DNA from: Eubacteriales bacterium
Lineage (GTDB): Bacteria; Bacillota; Clostridia; Oscillospirales; CAG-382
DNA: 64,000 nt
Direction of reading: 5' to 3'
NCBI GenBank assembly: GCA_045604705.1
Contig: JAZUOO010000022.1
Coordinates: 3,588-67,587, forward strand
Shown piece after piece: positions 32,533 to 43,253 of this stretch. The number at the start of each line of letters is the position of its first letter. Within the stretch, counting starts at the first letter, position 1. A program made the translations under genes and the position numbers. Under the pieces are notes generated by a model. It did no database searches. It saw only the letters and a list, made by a program, of their open reading frames with translations, and had not been told where the DNA came from.

Positions 32533-33972
32533 TCACAAATTTTCATACATTTCAAGATACTTTTGTGCTGAAATATCCCACGAAAAATCCGTTTTCATGG
32601 CTACTCTGACTAATTTCGCCCATTTTGTGTTATCCTTGTAAAGCTCGTATGCGGCACGCAGTCTGTCAAGAAGCTCATGTGCATTGTAGTTTGCAAAGGT
32701 AAAACCGTTACCGTAAGCCTTTTTGCCGTCCTCCCAATAGGGCTTTATTGAATCGAAAAGACCACCTGTTTCACGGACTATCGGAATTGTACCGTATCTC
32801 GATGCTATCATCTGTGCAAGTCCGCAGGGCTCACTCTTTGAGGGCATGATAAACATATCAGCCGAAGCATATATTCTCTTTGCAAGATCCCTGTCATAGG
32901 TTATAAGCGCACGAACCTTGTCGGGGAAACTCTCCTGAAGTCCCAGGAAGAAGTTTTCATACTCCCTGTCCCCTGTTCCGAGAACTACAAGCTGAACATT
33001 TTCCCCACCTATAAACTCTCCGATAATGTGCTTTACAAGGTCAATTCCCTTATGTGATGCAAGACGTGTAATAATCGCATACATCGGAATATCTCCGTTT
33101 TCGGGAAGTCCGACCTCTGCCTGAAGTGCCAATTTATTTGCGGTTTTCTTCGCAAGACTTCTGTCGGTAAAGTTGTATGCAATTGTGGGGTCTGTCTTAG
33201 CATTGTAAAGCTCGGTATCAATACCGTTGAGAATACCGTAGAGCTTATACTCATTCTCACGCAAGATATAGTGCAGACCGTGGGAATAATCCTGAGTCTT
33301 AATTTCCTGCGCATACTTCGGGCTTACGGTTGTAACGGCATCCGCACACTGAATCGCACCCTTCATAAGATTTATGCAGTCACCGTATTCCATGGTGTTC
33401 CTGTCACTCTCATCCATATCAAAAACATCGCCGAGAATTGCAAAATCATACTTGCCCTGATATTCGATATTATGAATCGTAAACACGGTTTTCATGCCGC
33501 AATATCCGGGAAGCGAAGCAAATTTTCTCTTAGCATAAATAACGGACAACGCCGCCTGCCAATCGTGAGCATGAAGAACATCCGGGAAAAAGTCAATCTG
33601 CGACATCATAATAAGCACAGCCTTACAGAAGTAAGCATATCTTTCACCGTCATCAAAGTGACCGTAAAGGGAACCACGCTTAAAGTAAAACTCATTATCA
33701 ATAAAATAATAAGTCACACCGCCCATTTCCAGGGACTTAACGCCGCAGTAAAGATTTCTCCAAGAAAGCGGAACCGTAAAAGAACAAATAAACTTCATTT
33801 CATTCCGAAACTTCTCCGAAATCTTATCATACAGCGGCATAACCACTCTTATATCCGCATTTTCTCCTGCCTTTTCACTGAGTGCCTTAGGAAGCGAACC
33901 GAGGACATCACCAAGTCCACCCGTAGCCGCAAAGGGCAGTGCTTCCGCACCAACAAACAATATCTTTTTCAT
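32533..33972 (-). CDS. glgA: glycogen synthase
   Basis: TGGLGDV, HAHDWQ, TIHNI, EPCGL, RETGGL. Confidence 0.95.
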   Translation of the reverse strand: MKKILFVGAEALPFAATGGLGDVLGSLPKALSEKAGENADIRVVMPLYDKISEKFRNEMKFICSFTVPLSWRNLYCGVKSLEMGGVTYYFIDNEFYFKRGSLYGHFDDGERYAYFCKAVLIMMSQIDFFPDVLHAHDWQAALSVIYAKRKFASLPGYCGMKTVFTIHNIEYQGKYDFAILGDVFDMDESDRNTMEYGDCINLMKGAIQCADAVTTVSPKYAQEIKTQDYSHGLHYILRENEYKLYGILNGIDTELYNAKTDPTIAYNFTDRSLAKKTANKLALQAEVGLPENGDIPMYAIITRLASHKGIDLVKHIIGEFIGGENVQLVVLGTGDREYENFFLGLQESFPDKVRALITYDRDLAKRIYASADMFIMPSKSEPCGLAQMIASRYGTIPIVRETGGLFDSIKPYWEDGKKAYGNGFTFANYNAHELLDRLRAAYELYKDNTKWAKLVRVAMKTDFSWDISAQKYLEMYENL

Positions 33973-34026
33973 AAATTATCCTTTCAAAAATCAATCCATC
34001 AATTTAAACTCAATCAATTCCAAGCA

Positions 34027-34200
34027 ATTGAAGATTTCCGTTCACAAAACCTCAAATCATCGACAACCTACAAGCGGAAATCAACCACAATTGTACATTA
34101 AGAAGAACGCAAAACGTTCTTTAAAGAATCCTGCGGATTCTTCCTACACATTGTGCACTAAGAAGAACGCAAAGCGTTCTTTGAAGAATCGTCCGGATTT
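34027..34200. repeat. hairpin/heptamer module plus two tandem double-hairpin units
   Basis: GATTTCCG...CGGAAATCAACCACAATT, then two copies of AAGAAGAACGC-AAA-(A/G)CGTTCTTT-AAGAATC..GGATT; reverse-complement copy at about 45236-45288. Confidence 0.7.
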
Positions 34201-34206
34201 TTCCTT

Positions 34207-35340
34207 TCAGACTCTTGCTCCCTTTTCAATAAAGAACGGCATAGTCTCATGACCCGACAAATTTCTTCCATCCTTGACAACCACATTCTTGTCAGTAATA
34301 ACACAGCCGAGATTGCAGTTTTCACCGATATAAGTGTCCTGAAGAAGAATACAATTCTTAACAACCGTACCCTTGCCAACCTTAACACCTCTGAACAGAA
34401 TGGAATCACAAACCTCGCCCTCAATAACACATCCGTCAGCCACAAGAGAGTTTGTCACAACGGCATCCTCGGTGTACTTTGCAGGTGCGGAATTACGAAC
34501 CTTTGTCATAACAGGTCTATGCTTTATGCCAAACAGTCCCGCACGAACCTCGGGAGAAAGAAGCTGCATACTTGTGGAGAAATATCCCGCAAGAGAATTG
34601 ATGCAAGCATAGAAGCCGTCAAAATTATAGCACTTTACAAGCTTCTTCTTTGCCATAACAGAAAGCACATCCAACGTAAAGGACTTGTAACCGTGTGCAA
34701 GAGAATCAAGAATAATACTTTGAAGATTGGTTCTCTTTATAACAAATATGTTAGCCGCAATGGTTTTGATGCCGGTAGTATTGCTTGTGCTGTCGTAAAT
34801 AGACTTTGCATATCCGTCTTCATCAGGCTCAATGATAGTGTACTTTCCCGCATCCTCCCCTGTAATAAACAACTTCTTTGTAACAACGGTAAGCTCCGCA
34901 CCGCATTCCTCATGCTCCTTTATAACCCTTGAGAGATTGATGTTGCAGATAATATCACAGTCAGAAAGAACCACATAATCCTCGCTGCAGCGGTTAATAA
35001 AGTTATTGACACCTATCATCGCCTCGAGTCTTGTGGAATAAAGCTTATTGGCAACATTGCTGTCGTACGCCGTAATAAAAGGCGGAAGTATCTTTATACC
35101 GCCCGAACGGCGTGCAAGATCCCAGTCCTTACCATTGCCGATATGGTCAAGCAGCGACTGATAATTATAGTGGGTAACGATACCAACCTTGTCAATACCG
35201 GAGTTTACCATATTTGAAAGAGCAAAGTCAATAAGCCTGTATCTGCAACCAAAAGGCACAGAAGCCATTGTTCTCTTTCTGGTCATTTCTGTAATGTTTC
35301 TGTCATGTATATTCGAAAAAATAAGTCCTACAGCGGTCAT
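34207..35340 (-). CDS. glgD: glucose-1-phosphate adenylyltransferase subunit GlgD
   Basis: RTMASVPFGCRYRLIDF, GKDWDLAR, TKVRNSAP, hexapeptide C-terminus. Confidence 0.95.
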   Translation of the reverse strand: MTAVGLIFSNIHDRNITEMTRKRTMASVPFGCRYRLIDFALSNMVNSGIDKVGIVTHYNYQSLLDHIGNGKDWDLARRSGGIKILPPFITAYDSNVANKLYSTRLEAMIGVNNFINRCSEDYVVLSDCDIICNINLSRVIKEHEECGAELTVVTKKLFITGEDAGKYTIIEPDEDGYAKSIYDSTSNTTGIKTIAANIFVIKRTNLQSIILDSLAHGYKSFTLDVLSVMAKKKLVKCYNFDGFYACINSLAGYFSTSMQLLSPEVRAGLFGIKHRPVMTKVRNSAPAKYTEDAVVTNSLVADGCVIEGEVCDSILFRGVKVGKGTVVKNCILLQDTYIGENCNLGCVITDKNVVVKDGRNLSGHETMPFFIEKGARV

Positions 35341-35358
35341 GTCTGTTCACCCTCTCTT

Positions 35359-36543
35359 TCACATCTCGGTTATCATTTCGTTATCACCGATAACAGTTCC
35401 GTCCGGTATATTGCATCGCTCCCCGATAACGGTAATACCGGATGCCTTATCCTTGTCCTTGCCTAGCTGTGCACCTGCACCGATTTTGGCATTGCTGTCA
35501 ATAATACAGTAGTTCACAACCGCACCTGCACCAATCTCAACATCCGACATAATAACGGAATCAATGACAGTTGCACCCTTTGCAACCTTTACACCGGAGC
35601 CGAGAACAGAATTCTTGACTTCACCGTAAACCTCACAGCCCTCGGTAAGAAGCGAATTGTCAACCTTTGCATCTGCACCCAGAAAATGAGGCGGTCTGCT
35701 CTCTGTTCTTGAATATATTCTCCATCCCTCATCTGTAATATTGAAGTTTGAGCTCTTACCGATAAGATCCATATTCGCTTCCCAAAGAGAGGATATTGTT
35801 CCTACGTCCTTCCAATAACCGGTAAACTCATAAGCCATCATCTTTTCACCCTTCGCCAGCATCTCGGGAATAATATTCTTACCGAAGTCGTTGCAGGAAT
35901 CGGGATTGGCATTATCAGCACGCAGATAATCAAAAAGCTTGTCTTTAGAGAAAATGTATATACCCATAGATGCCTTAGTGCTGTCCGGCTCCTTGGGCTT
36001 TTCCGTAAACTTGTAAATTGAGCCGTCATCATTAACGCTCATAATACCGAATCTTGAGGCTTCCTCAAGCGGAACATCAAGCACCGCAATGGTACAAGCT
36101 GCATCATTTGCCTTGTGATATTCAAGCATCTTTGAATAGTCCATCTTGTAAATATGGTCACCTGAGAGAATAAGAACGTAATCCGGATCAAACTTGTCAA
36201 TAAACTCAAGGTTCTGGTAAATGGCATTCGCCGTACCCTTATACCAGTCCGAACGTTCCTTGCCCTGATAAGGCGGAAGTATGGAAGCACCGCCGAAGTA
36301 TCTGTCAAGATCCCAGGGCAGACCGTTTCCGATATATTCGTTAAGCACAAGCGGCTGATACTGTGTAAGCACACCCACCGTATCTATACCCGAATTAATA
36401 CAGTTTGACAGAGGGAAATCTATAATTCTGTACTTTCCTCCGAACTGTACCGCAGGCTTTGCAACCTTAGAAGTCAAAGCATAAAGTCTGCTTCCCTGAC
36501 CGCCCGCAAGCAGCATTGCCACGCATTCCTTTTTTCTGAACAT
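35359..36543 (-). CDS. glgC: glucose-1-phosphate adenylyltransferase
   Basis: [39 protein letters not shown]. Confidence 0.97.
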   Translation of the reverse strand: MFRKKECVAMLLAGGQGSRLYALTSKVAKPAVQFGGKYRIIDFPLSNCINSGIDTVGVLTQYQPLVLNEYIGNGLPWDLDRYFGGASILPPYQGKERSDWYKGTANAIYQNLEFIDKFDPDYVLILSGDHIYKMDYSKMLEYHKANDAACTIAVLDVPLEEASRFGIMSVNDDGSIYKFTEKPKEPDSTKASMGIYIFSKDKLFDYLRADNANPDSCNDFGKNIIPEMLAKGEKMMAYEFTGYWKDVGTISSLWEANMDLIGKSSNFNITDEGWRIYSRTESRPPHFLGADAKVDNSLLTEGCEVYGEVKNSVLGSGVKVAKGATVIDSVIMSDVEIGAGAVVNYCIIDSNAKIGAGAQLGKDKDKASGITVIGERCNIPDGTVIGDNEMITEM

Positions 36544-36654
36544 TTAACATTACTCCTGTCTTATACCTTTTCGGTATTTATTTATGTTTATATATGTTTA
36601 TCGCAAGATACATAAATCCGCTTTCAATGCAATAAGCTTTAATTTTATATATCT

Positions 36655-38637
36655 TTACTTTACCTTGTCCGATGCCCTCGGACGAGCATTCGGCTTCTCC
36701 GTTTTCTTCGGCTTAACCTCCTGTTTTTTAACAGTCCTTTTCCTTGGCGGCGGCACTCTCTTTGCCTCAAATATCAACCCTGAAAATCCCGGAAGATCGA
36801 ATGTCAAGCTGTATTCTCTGCCGTCATAAGCCCCGATCTGCGTCCTTATCGGTAAAATCTTACCTACCGACTTGCCACCGTATTTTTCCTCATCCGAATT
36901 CAGAACACAGGAACAAATCGCCTCATAAGGTACACCAATCTTAAATCCCGGACGAGCCACAGGAGTAAAATTCACAACACATAAAAGTCCGTCACCACTC
37001 TTATTGTACCTCATATAAGCTATAACGCCCGAATCGCGGTTATCTGCCATCATCCAGTCAAAGCCCGCCCAGGAATCATCCTGTTCCCAAAGCTCGCACC
37101 GTGAGAGATACAAATTGTTTATATCCGCAAAAAATCTCTGCAGTTTCCTGTGGCTGTCATATTGAAGCAAAAACCACTCAACACTGTCCTCGTAATTCCA
37201 TTCGGTGAACTGCCCTATCTCATTACCCATGAAATTAAGCTTCTTCCCCGGATGCGTCATCATATAAACCATAAAAGCACGGGTGCCTGCAAATTTACCG
37301 AGATACTCTCCCGGCATTCTGTCAAGAAGTGACTTTTTGCCGTGCACAACCTCATCATGGGAAATCGGCAATATAAATCTTTCGGAAAAAGCATATGTCA
37401 AAGAGAAGGTAAGCTTATTGTGACTGCCTTTGCGAAACAGCGGGTCAAGCTCGCAATAGGACAAAATATCATTCATCCATCCCATGTTCCACTTGTAGTC
37501 AAATCCGAGACCGCCATCCTCAAAGCCCGTCACCTTAACGCTCGCCGCCGATTCTTCCGCAATCATAAGAACGTCCGGATGTTCCCGCTTCATGTAATCA
37601 TTGAGCTTTCCGAAAAACGCCGTAGCCTCAAGGCAAATATTAGTACCGTAAACATTGGGCACCCATTCGCCCGGTCTCTTGTCATAGTCAAGGTAAAGCA
37701 TGGAGGCAACAGCATCAACTCTTATACCGTCGCAGTGATAAACCTCTGCCCAGAACGCCGCACTTGATACAAGGAAGCTCTCAACCTCATTCCTGCCAAG
37801 GTCAAAACGCCTTGTTCCCCAGCCCTCATGCTCTATCCTGTCAGCTCCCTGATACTCATAAAGGGGCTGACCGTCAAATTCATAAAGTCCGTGAGCATCC
37901 TTCGGAAAATGTGCAGGTACCCAATCAAGGATGACACCGATTCCCGCTTTATGCATTTCATCTATAAAATACATAAAATCCTGCGGCGTGCCAAATCTTG
38001 ATGTCGGTGCAAAATATCCCGTCACCTGATAGCCCCACGAGCCTCCGAAAGGATGCTCCATAACAGGCAGAAGCTCAATATGGGTATATCCCATCCTTTT
38101 TACATAAGGCGCAAGCTCTGCTGCAAGCTCTCTGTAGGTATAGGGATTGCCGTCCTCTTTCTTTTTCCAGGACTCAAGATGCATCTCATAGATATTCATC
38201 GGCACGGCATATTTTTTCTCCTCATGAAGCTTCCTGCGATTTTTCATCCATTCACTGTCATGCCATTCATATCCCGATATATCGTAAACCTTTGAAGCAG
38301 TATACGGTGGCGTTTCCGCGTGAAAAGCATAAGGATCCGCTTTGTACAATACCTTATCACCATTCACAATCCTGTACTTATAGCAGTCATATATCTTAAC
38401 ATTCGGGATTTCCGCTTCCCATATTCCTCCGCTGCATCTGCACATTGGAACGCCACAATCCCAGCCGCAGAAATCACCGCAGACCGAAACGCTGTCCGCA
38501 TTCGGAGCCCATACTCTGAACACGCATACCTTAATTCCATCTCTCACCTCAAAATGCGATCCGAGATAAAGATACGCCTTAAAATTTGTCCCCTGATTAA
38601 ACAGATACGGAGCAACATCATTTTTCTTAACTGTCAT
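36655..38637 (-). CDS. glgB: 1,4-alpha-glucan branching enzyme
   Basis: FRVWAPNA, SWGYQ, DWVPAHF, GIRVDAVASM, AEES, SHDEVVHGK. Confidence 0.96.
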   Translation of the reverse strand: MTVKKNDVAPYLFNQGTNFKAYLYLGSHFEVRDGIKVCVFRVWAPNADSVSVCGDFCGWDCGVPMCRCSGGIWEAEIPNVKIYDCYKYRIVNGDKVLYKADPYAFHAETPPYTASKVYDISGYEWHDSEWMKNRRKLHEEKKYAVPMNIYEMHLESWKKKEDGNPYTYRELAAELAPYVKRMGYTHIELLPVMEHPFGGSWGYQVTGYFAPTSRFGTPQDFMYFIDEMHKAGIGVILDWVPAHFPKDAHGLYEFDGQPLYEYQGADRIEHEGWGTRRFDLGRNEVESFLVSSAAFWAEVYHCDGIRVDAVASMLYLDYDKRPGEWVPNVYGTNICLEATAFFGKLNDYMKREHPDVLMIAEESAASVKVTGFEDGGLGFDYKWNMGWMNDILSYCELDPLFRKGSHNKLTFSLTYAFSERFILPISHDEVVHGKKSLLDRMPGEYLGKFAGTRAFMVYMMTHPGKKLNFMGNEIGQFTEWNYEDSVEWFLLQYDSHRKLQRFFADINNLYLSRCELWEQDDSWAGFDWMMADNRDSGVIAYMRYNKSGDGLLCVVNFTPVARPGFKIGVPYEAICSCVLNSDEEKYGGKSVGKILPIRTQIGAYDGREYSLTFDLPGFSGLIFEAKRVPPPRKRTVKKQEVKPKKTEKPNARPRASDKVK

Positions 38638-38843
38638 AAAAATCCTTTCACATCGCAATTTTTTAAAAGCATTTTAAATACTTCGTATTATGTACATATA
38701 TTATACACCTTTTTTAGTTAAATTTCAATAGGAAAAATAACTAAAAATAAGTTTTTAATAGTAAAAATCGACAATTTTTTTAAAATTTACCAAAGACATA
38801 ACAAAAATATGAAAAGCTACACCGAAATATGACAAACAAACAT

Positions 38844-38872
38844 AAAAAAGCAGCCCGGGAAATCCGAGCCGC
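38844..38872 (-). terminator. rho-independent terminator of pfkA
   Basis: Minus strand GCGGCTCGG-loop-CCGGGCTGC-TTTTTT. Confidence 0.75.
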
Positions 38873-38888
38873 AACAAAATATTTTCTG

Positions 38889-39959
38889 TCAGATGGAGAT
38901 GCTGTTTCCAAGTTCATAAAGCTCAATAAACTTATCTCTCTTAATTTTCGCAAGAGCAACCATTTCCTCGTAAACCTTAGGATCAAGCCTGTCAATTTCT
39001 TCCTGCTTTGCCTTACCCTTGTAAACTCTGTCATACATAAGTGCCCATTCAATATCCTTTTCACCGATAGCACCGTCAGTCTCGGTTACGATAAGATTGG
39101 ATTTACCACGGAGAAGAAGCTCAACCGCATGAGCCCCCATTCTGCTTGCAGCGACTCTGTCACGAAGTGTGGGACGACCGCCCCTCTGAACGTGAGCAAG
39201 TCTTGCGAACTTTGTTTCAACACCTGTCTCGGCTTCTATCTTCTTTGCAAGGTTTTCACCGAACTCGCCGCCCATACCCTCGGATACGATAACGATAAAG
39301 TTTCTCTTCTTGTATGTCTTTGCGAGCTTGATTTTCTCAATGACCTTCGCCTCATCAAAGGGAAGCTCCTTAACCGCACAGCCTGTAGCACCTGTCGCAA
39401 TTGCAGTATTAACCGCAATATAGCCCGCATCTCTGCCCATAACCTCAACGACATTACATCTTGCATGGGATTCGCAGGTATCTCTGAGCCTGTCAACCAT
39501 CTCGATAACGGTATTCATAGCAGTATCAAAACCAACGGTATAGTCGGAAGAGGATACGTCATTGTCGATAGTACCCGTAACACCTATACAAGGCAGACCT
39601 CTTCTTGTCATATCCTGAGCTCCTCTGAATGTACCGTCACCGCCGATACAAACAAGACCGTCAATCTTATTCTCCGCAGCAACCTTAAGAGCCTTCTGCA
39701 TACCGGACTCTTCCTTGAATTCAAGACATCTGTCCGTATAAAGAAATGTACCGCCCTCATTGATTATATTTGATACATCGTGCGGACCAAGGAGCTTCAT
39801 ATCATTTTCTATAAGACCTCTGTAGCCGCCGTTTATTCCCATTACCTCTACGCCGTTAGCAAGAGCCGTTCTTACAACGCTTCTAACCGCTGCATTCATT
39901 CCGGGTGCATCACCGCCGGAGGTAAGCACACCTATTCTTTTGAACTTTCTTGTTTCCAT
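38889..39959 (-). CDS. pfkA: ATP-dependent 6-phosphofructokinase
   Basis: TSGGDAPGMNAA, GGDG (Gly, ATP type), TIDND, EVMGR, HVQRGG. Confidence 0.93.
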   Translation of the reverse strand: METRKFKRIGVLTSGGDAPGMNAAVRSVVRTALANGVEVMGINGGYRGLIENDMKLLGPHDVSNIINEGGTFLYTDRCLEFKEESGMQKALKVAAENKIDGLVCIGGDGTFRGAQDMTRRGLPCIGVTGTIDNDVSSSDYTVGFDTAMNTVIEMVDRLRDTCESHARCNVVEVMGRDAGYIAVNTAIATGATGCAVKELPFDEAKVIEKIKLAKTYKKRNFIVIVSEGMGGEFGENLAKKIEAETGVETKFARLAHVQRGGRPTLRDRVAASRMGAHAVELLLRGKSNLIVTETDGAIGEKDIEWALMYDRVYKGKAKQEEIDRLDPKVYEEMVALAKIKRDKFIELYELGNSISI

Positions 39960-40329
39960 AGTGTTTCCTTTCCGCATATGGAATCTACCATACCTAATAT
40001 ATATTTGAGATTTTTAACAACATAAAACAATATATCGTATATATTGTAATACAAATCATGGTAAATTTCAAGTCTTTCCCAATGAAAAAGCAAAGCAAAG
40101 ATTTAAACTTTATGTGAACAACCTTCATTTGTTGATAGATTTCCCGCTTTTTCTCATAATAATACCGAGGTGCAAAAAATCGGTTTTCCGAAAAAATATC
40201 ATCACAACCTCTTGCCTCATCGATTTTGATGTTTTGTTTCATTTTCACAACACGAAATATTTATTTGTGATTTTATACAAAAATCGAAGTATATTTTTTG
40301 ATATTATGTAACAACTTGCTAATTTTATC

Positions 40330-40358
40330 TTGACAATGGGATGTTTTAATGGTAAAAT
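40330..40358 (+). promoter_or_regulatory. sigma-A promoter of DeoR regulator
   Basis: TTGACA-17nt-TAAAAT with TG extension. Confidence 0.6.
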
Positions 40359-40436
40359 ACTCATATAGTGTGCAAATGTGATATTTTTGTACCTGCGTTT
40401 GGTTTTAAAAAACCTGAAAAGAAAGGATCAAAAATC

Positions 40437-41291
40437 ATGAAGGCCGCAAGAAGACAGCTTATTTCAGAGCTTATCCACGCACAACCCTTTATCTCTCTAA
40501 AGGAACTCGAAGAAAAATTCCCGGATGTCACAAGCATGACTCTAAGACGTGATATTGAATATTTTGAAAAGCAAGGCGAGCTTATAAAAGTAAGAGGCGG
40601 AGCAAGATCCATGAAATTCATAACCTCCACCTCCGATGACGGCTATGCAGAAAGAGAAAAGGAAAACTACAACTCCAAGGTCGCAATTGCCGCAAAAGCA
40701 CTGATGTTCATCGAGAAAGGGAAGTCATACTTCCTCGACTCCGGTACCACCATCATGCGCCTTGCGGAAAACATCCCGGACGACCACATTACCATCACAA
40801 CTCCCGGTCCCAACATTGCATTGGAGCTTTCGAAAAAGCAGCACCCCATCATAAATCTTGTCGGCGGTATAGTCAACAGGGAAAGCATATCCGTCACCGG
40901 CAGTATGGCGATAGATTTCCTCTCCGACATCAACATAGACATCGCCTTTATCGCACCGTCAGGCTATTCCCAGAATAACGGGTTCTCCTGCGGCAACTAC
41001 GCAGAAAGCGAGCTTAAAAGCTTCATCGTCAAAAAAGCACGTACAGTCATAATGCTGATGGACACCTCCAAACTTGACAAGAGCCTCCCCTATACCTTCT
41101 GTCGCCTTTCCGATATAGATATTCTCATAACCGATAAAGCCATCCCGGTTTCTTTTTTGGACACGGCAGCGTATCCGAATCTTCGGGTTGTGGTATGTGC
41201 AGATAAAGAAAAGGTGACAAGAGATATGACAACAAAATGTCTTACACGTGAAGAGCTGGAGCTTTTGAGAATGAAGAGGGAAGAAGCTTAA
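40437..41291 (+). CDS. DeoR/GlpR family transcriptional regulator
   Basis: VTSMTLRRD HTH, VRGGA, FLDSGTT, DTSK. Confidence 0.92.
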   Translation: MKAARRQLISELIHAQPFISLKELEEKFPDVTSMTLRRDIEYFEKQGELIKVRGGARSMKFITSTSDDGYAEREKENYNSKVAIAAKALMFIEKGKSYFLDSGTTIMRLAENIPDDHITITTPGPNIALELSKKQHPIINLVGGIVNRESISVTGSMAIDFLSDINIDIAFIAPSGYSQNNGFSCGNYAESELKSFIVKKARTVIMLMDTSKLDKSLPYTFCRLSDIDILITDKAIPVSFLDTAAYPNLRVVVCADKEKVTRDMTTKCLTREELELLRMKREEA

Positions 41292-41314
41292 ATCTCAAAA
41301 TTCGGTATATACCC

Positions 41315-41410
41315 GTAGGGCGTGATGACCCGACACGCCGCATTCGCAGGATAAGGGGTATAGGATTTAGGAACTAGGAACTAGGATTTAGAGAATAGGA
41401 TTTGGAATTT
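41315..41410 (+). repeat. GTAG REP-like hairpin followed by TAGGAWY heptamers
   Basis: GTAG-GGCGTG...CACGCC hairpin, then TAGGATT/TAGGAAC tandem heptamers. Confidence 0.65.
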
Positions 41411-41594
41411 ATCGGACAGGAATCCTTTAACCGTATTCATGCAAAAAATCAAAAAATATTTCGTTTGTACCCCCGGAAACCGGTTTGTTTTCGGGAGTTT
41501 TCTTTATATTTTAACAATTTGTTGTTTAATGTACGACTTACTTGTGTTATAATATATTCTGTATGATTATTCACTTTTAAAGGAAAACTGTCAA

Positions 41595-42365
41595 ATGATA
41601 TACGGGAATACCATGGCATCTGTTTATGATGCTTTAAACGACGAAATAGACACAAAAGCATGGGCAGATTTTCTGTGCACGGCTTTTAATAAATATTCCG
41701 GTAGAGAAATTTCAAAAGTATGCGAGATAGCCTGCGGTACGGGAAGCATGGCAATCGAGATGTCAAAACGAGGGTACAATGTTACTGCCTCCGACCTTTC
41801 ACTTGAAATGCTCACCGAAGCGGAATTCAAAGCAAGAAATGCAGATACAGACATAAGATTCGTCTGCGCTGACATGAGAAATTTTACACTCTACACCAAA
41901 GCCGATGCGGTGCTGTGCCTGCTCGACAGCATGAATTACCTTACAAAGCCCTCGGATTTCGTACAAACCCTTTCAAACGTACATAAAAACCTCTCCGACG
42001 GCGGCATATTCATATTCGACATAAACTCAAAAAAGAAATTCCAAACCACCTACGGCGACAACGCTTACGTCATAGAAAACGAGGGAGTCCTGTGTGCATG
42101 GCAAAATTTCTATAACCCCAAAACAAAAATCTGCGACTTCTACCTTTCAATCTTCACAGAATGTGAGGACGGCAGATACGAAAGAACAGACGAACATCAG
42201 CGTGAAAGAATGTACACGGAAAGAAGCATAAAGAAAATGCTGTCGGATTCCGGATTTGAGCTTTGTGGAATTTTCGGGGACTATGATTTTCGGGAAGGCT
42301 GCGAGGAAGCCGATGACAGACTTTATATAGTTGCAAAAAAGATACAACAGAGGATTACAAAATGA
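41595..42365 (+). CDS. class I SAM-dependent methyltransferase (YqeM-like)
   Basis: EIACGTG, DLS..ML, ADMR, DSMNY, GGIFIFD, HQRERMY. Confidence 0.88.
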   Translation: MIYGNTMASVYDALNDEIDTKAWADFLCTAFNKYSGREISKVCEIACGTGSMAIEMSKRGYNVTASDLSLEMLTEAEFKARNADTDIRFVCADMRNFTLYTKADAVLCLLDSMNYLTKPSDFVQTLSNVHKNLSDGGIFIFDINSKKKFQTTYGDNAYVIENEGVLCAWQNFYNPKTKICDFYLSIFTECEDGRYERTDEHQRERMYTERSIKKMLSDSGFELCGIFGDYDFREGCEEADDRLYIVAKKIQQRITK

Positions 42366-43243
42366 AACAGAACACAATCACAAGAGCAATGACACGCTGC
42401 GGCAACGCAAGAATACTGATAATCAACTCAAAGGAAATGGTAAACGACGCCATCGACATCCACCACCTCTCCCCCACCTGTGCGGCGGCTCTCGGAAGAA
42501 CACTTACGGCAGCTTCCCTCATCGGCGTAATGCTGAAGAACAAAACCGACAGCGCAACCCTCACCTTTGACGGCGACGGCGTATGCGGAAAGCTGATTGC
42601 CACCTCCGACTACTACGGAAACGTAAAGGGCTGTGCCGAAAACCCGACAGCGGATCTTCCCACAAATGCAAAAGGCAAGCTTGACGTTGCAGGAGCTGTC
42701 GGCAAAGGAAATATGTATATTATCCGTGACTGCGGCGAGGGCGAACCTTATGTTGGCATGATTCCGATAGTATCAGGCGAAATTGCCGAGGATATAACCG
42801 AATACTACGCAAAAAGCGAACAGATTCCCACGGTATGTGCTCTCGGCGTTCTTATCGGCACAGACTACAAAGCAATAGGTGCAGGCGGTGTCATGATTCA
42901 GCTTCTGCCCGGTGCAGACGATGAATTTATCGACAGACTCTCCGAGCGGGTTCCCGTCCTCTCCAACGTGTCCCATATGTTCAGCGAGGGCAAAACAAAC
43001 GAAGAACTTCTCCTTGAAATCATGGGCGACATTGAAATAGACATCTTCGACGAAATAGACTGCTCCTACCATTGTGACTGTTCGGGCGAAAGAGTTGAAA
43101 AAGCTCTTGTATCCCTTGGCAAAAAGGAGCTTGAGGACATCATAAATGACGGCAAGCCCATTGATGTGGGATGTCAGTTCTGCGGTAAGAAGTACACCTT
43201 TACAACGGATGATATAAAAAAGCTCTACGACAGAGCAAAGTAA
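42362..43243 (+). CDS. hslO: Hsp33 redox-regulated chaperone
   Basis: ALGRTLT, GEIAEDI..Y..KSEQIPT, CDCS and CQFC zinc motif. Confidence 0.95.
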   Translation: MKQNTITRAMTRCGNARILIINSKEMVNDAIDIHHLSPTCAAALGRTLTAASLIGVMLKNKTDSATLTFDGDGVCGKLIATSDYYGNVKGCAENPTADLPTNAKGKLDVAGAVGKGNMYIIRDCGEGEPYVGMIPIVSGEIAEDITEYYAKSEQIPTVCALGVLIGTDYKAIGAGGVMIQLLPGADDEFIDRLSERVPVLSNVSHMFSEGKTNEELLLEIMGDIEIDIFDEIDCSYHCDCSGERVEKALVSLGKKELEDIINDGKPIDVGCQFCGKKYTFTTDDIKKLYDRAK

Positions 43244-43253
43244 ACGGAGCAAC

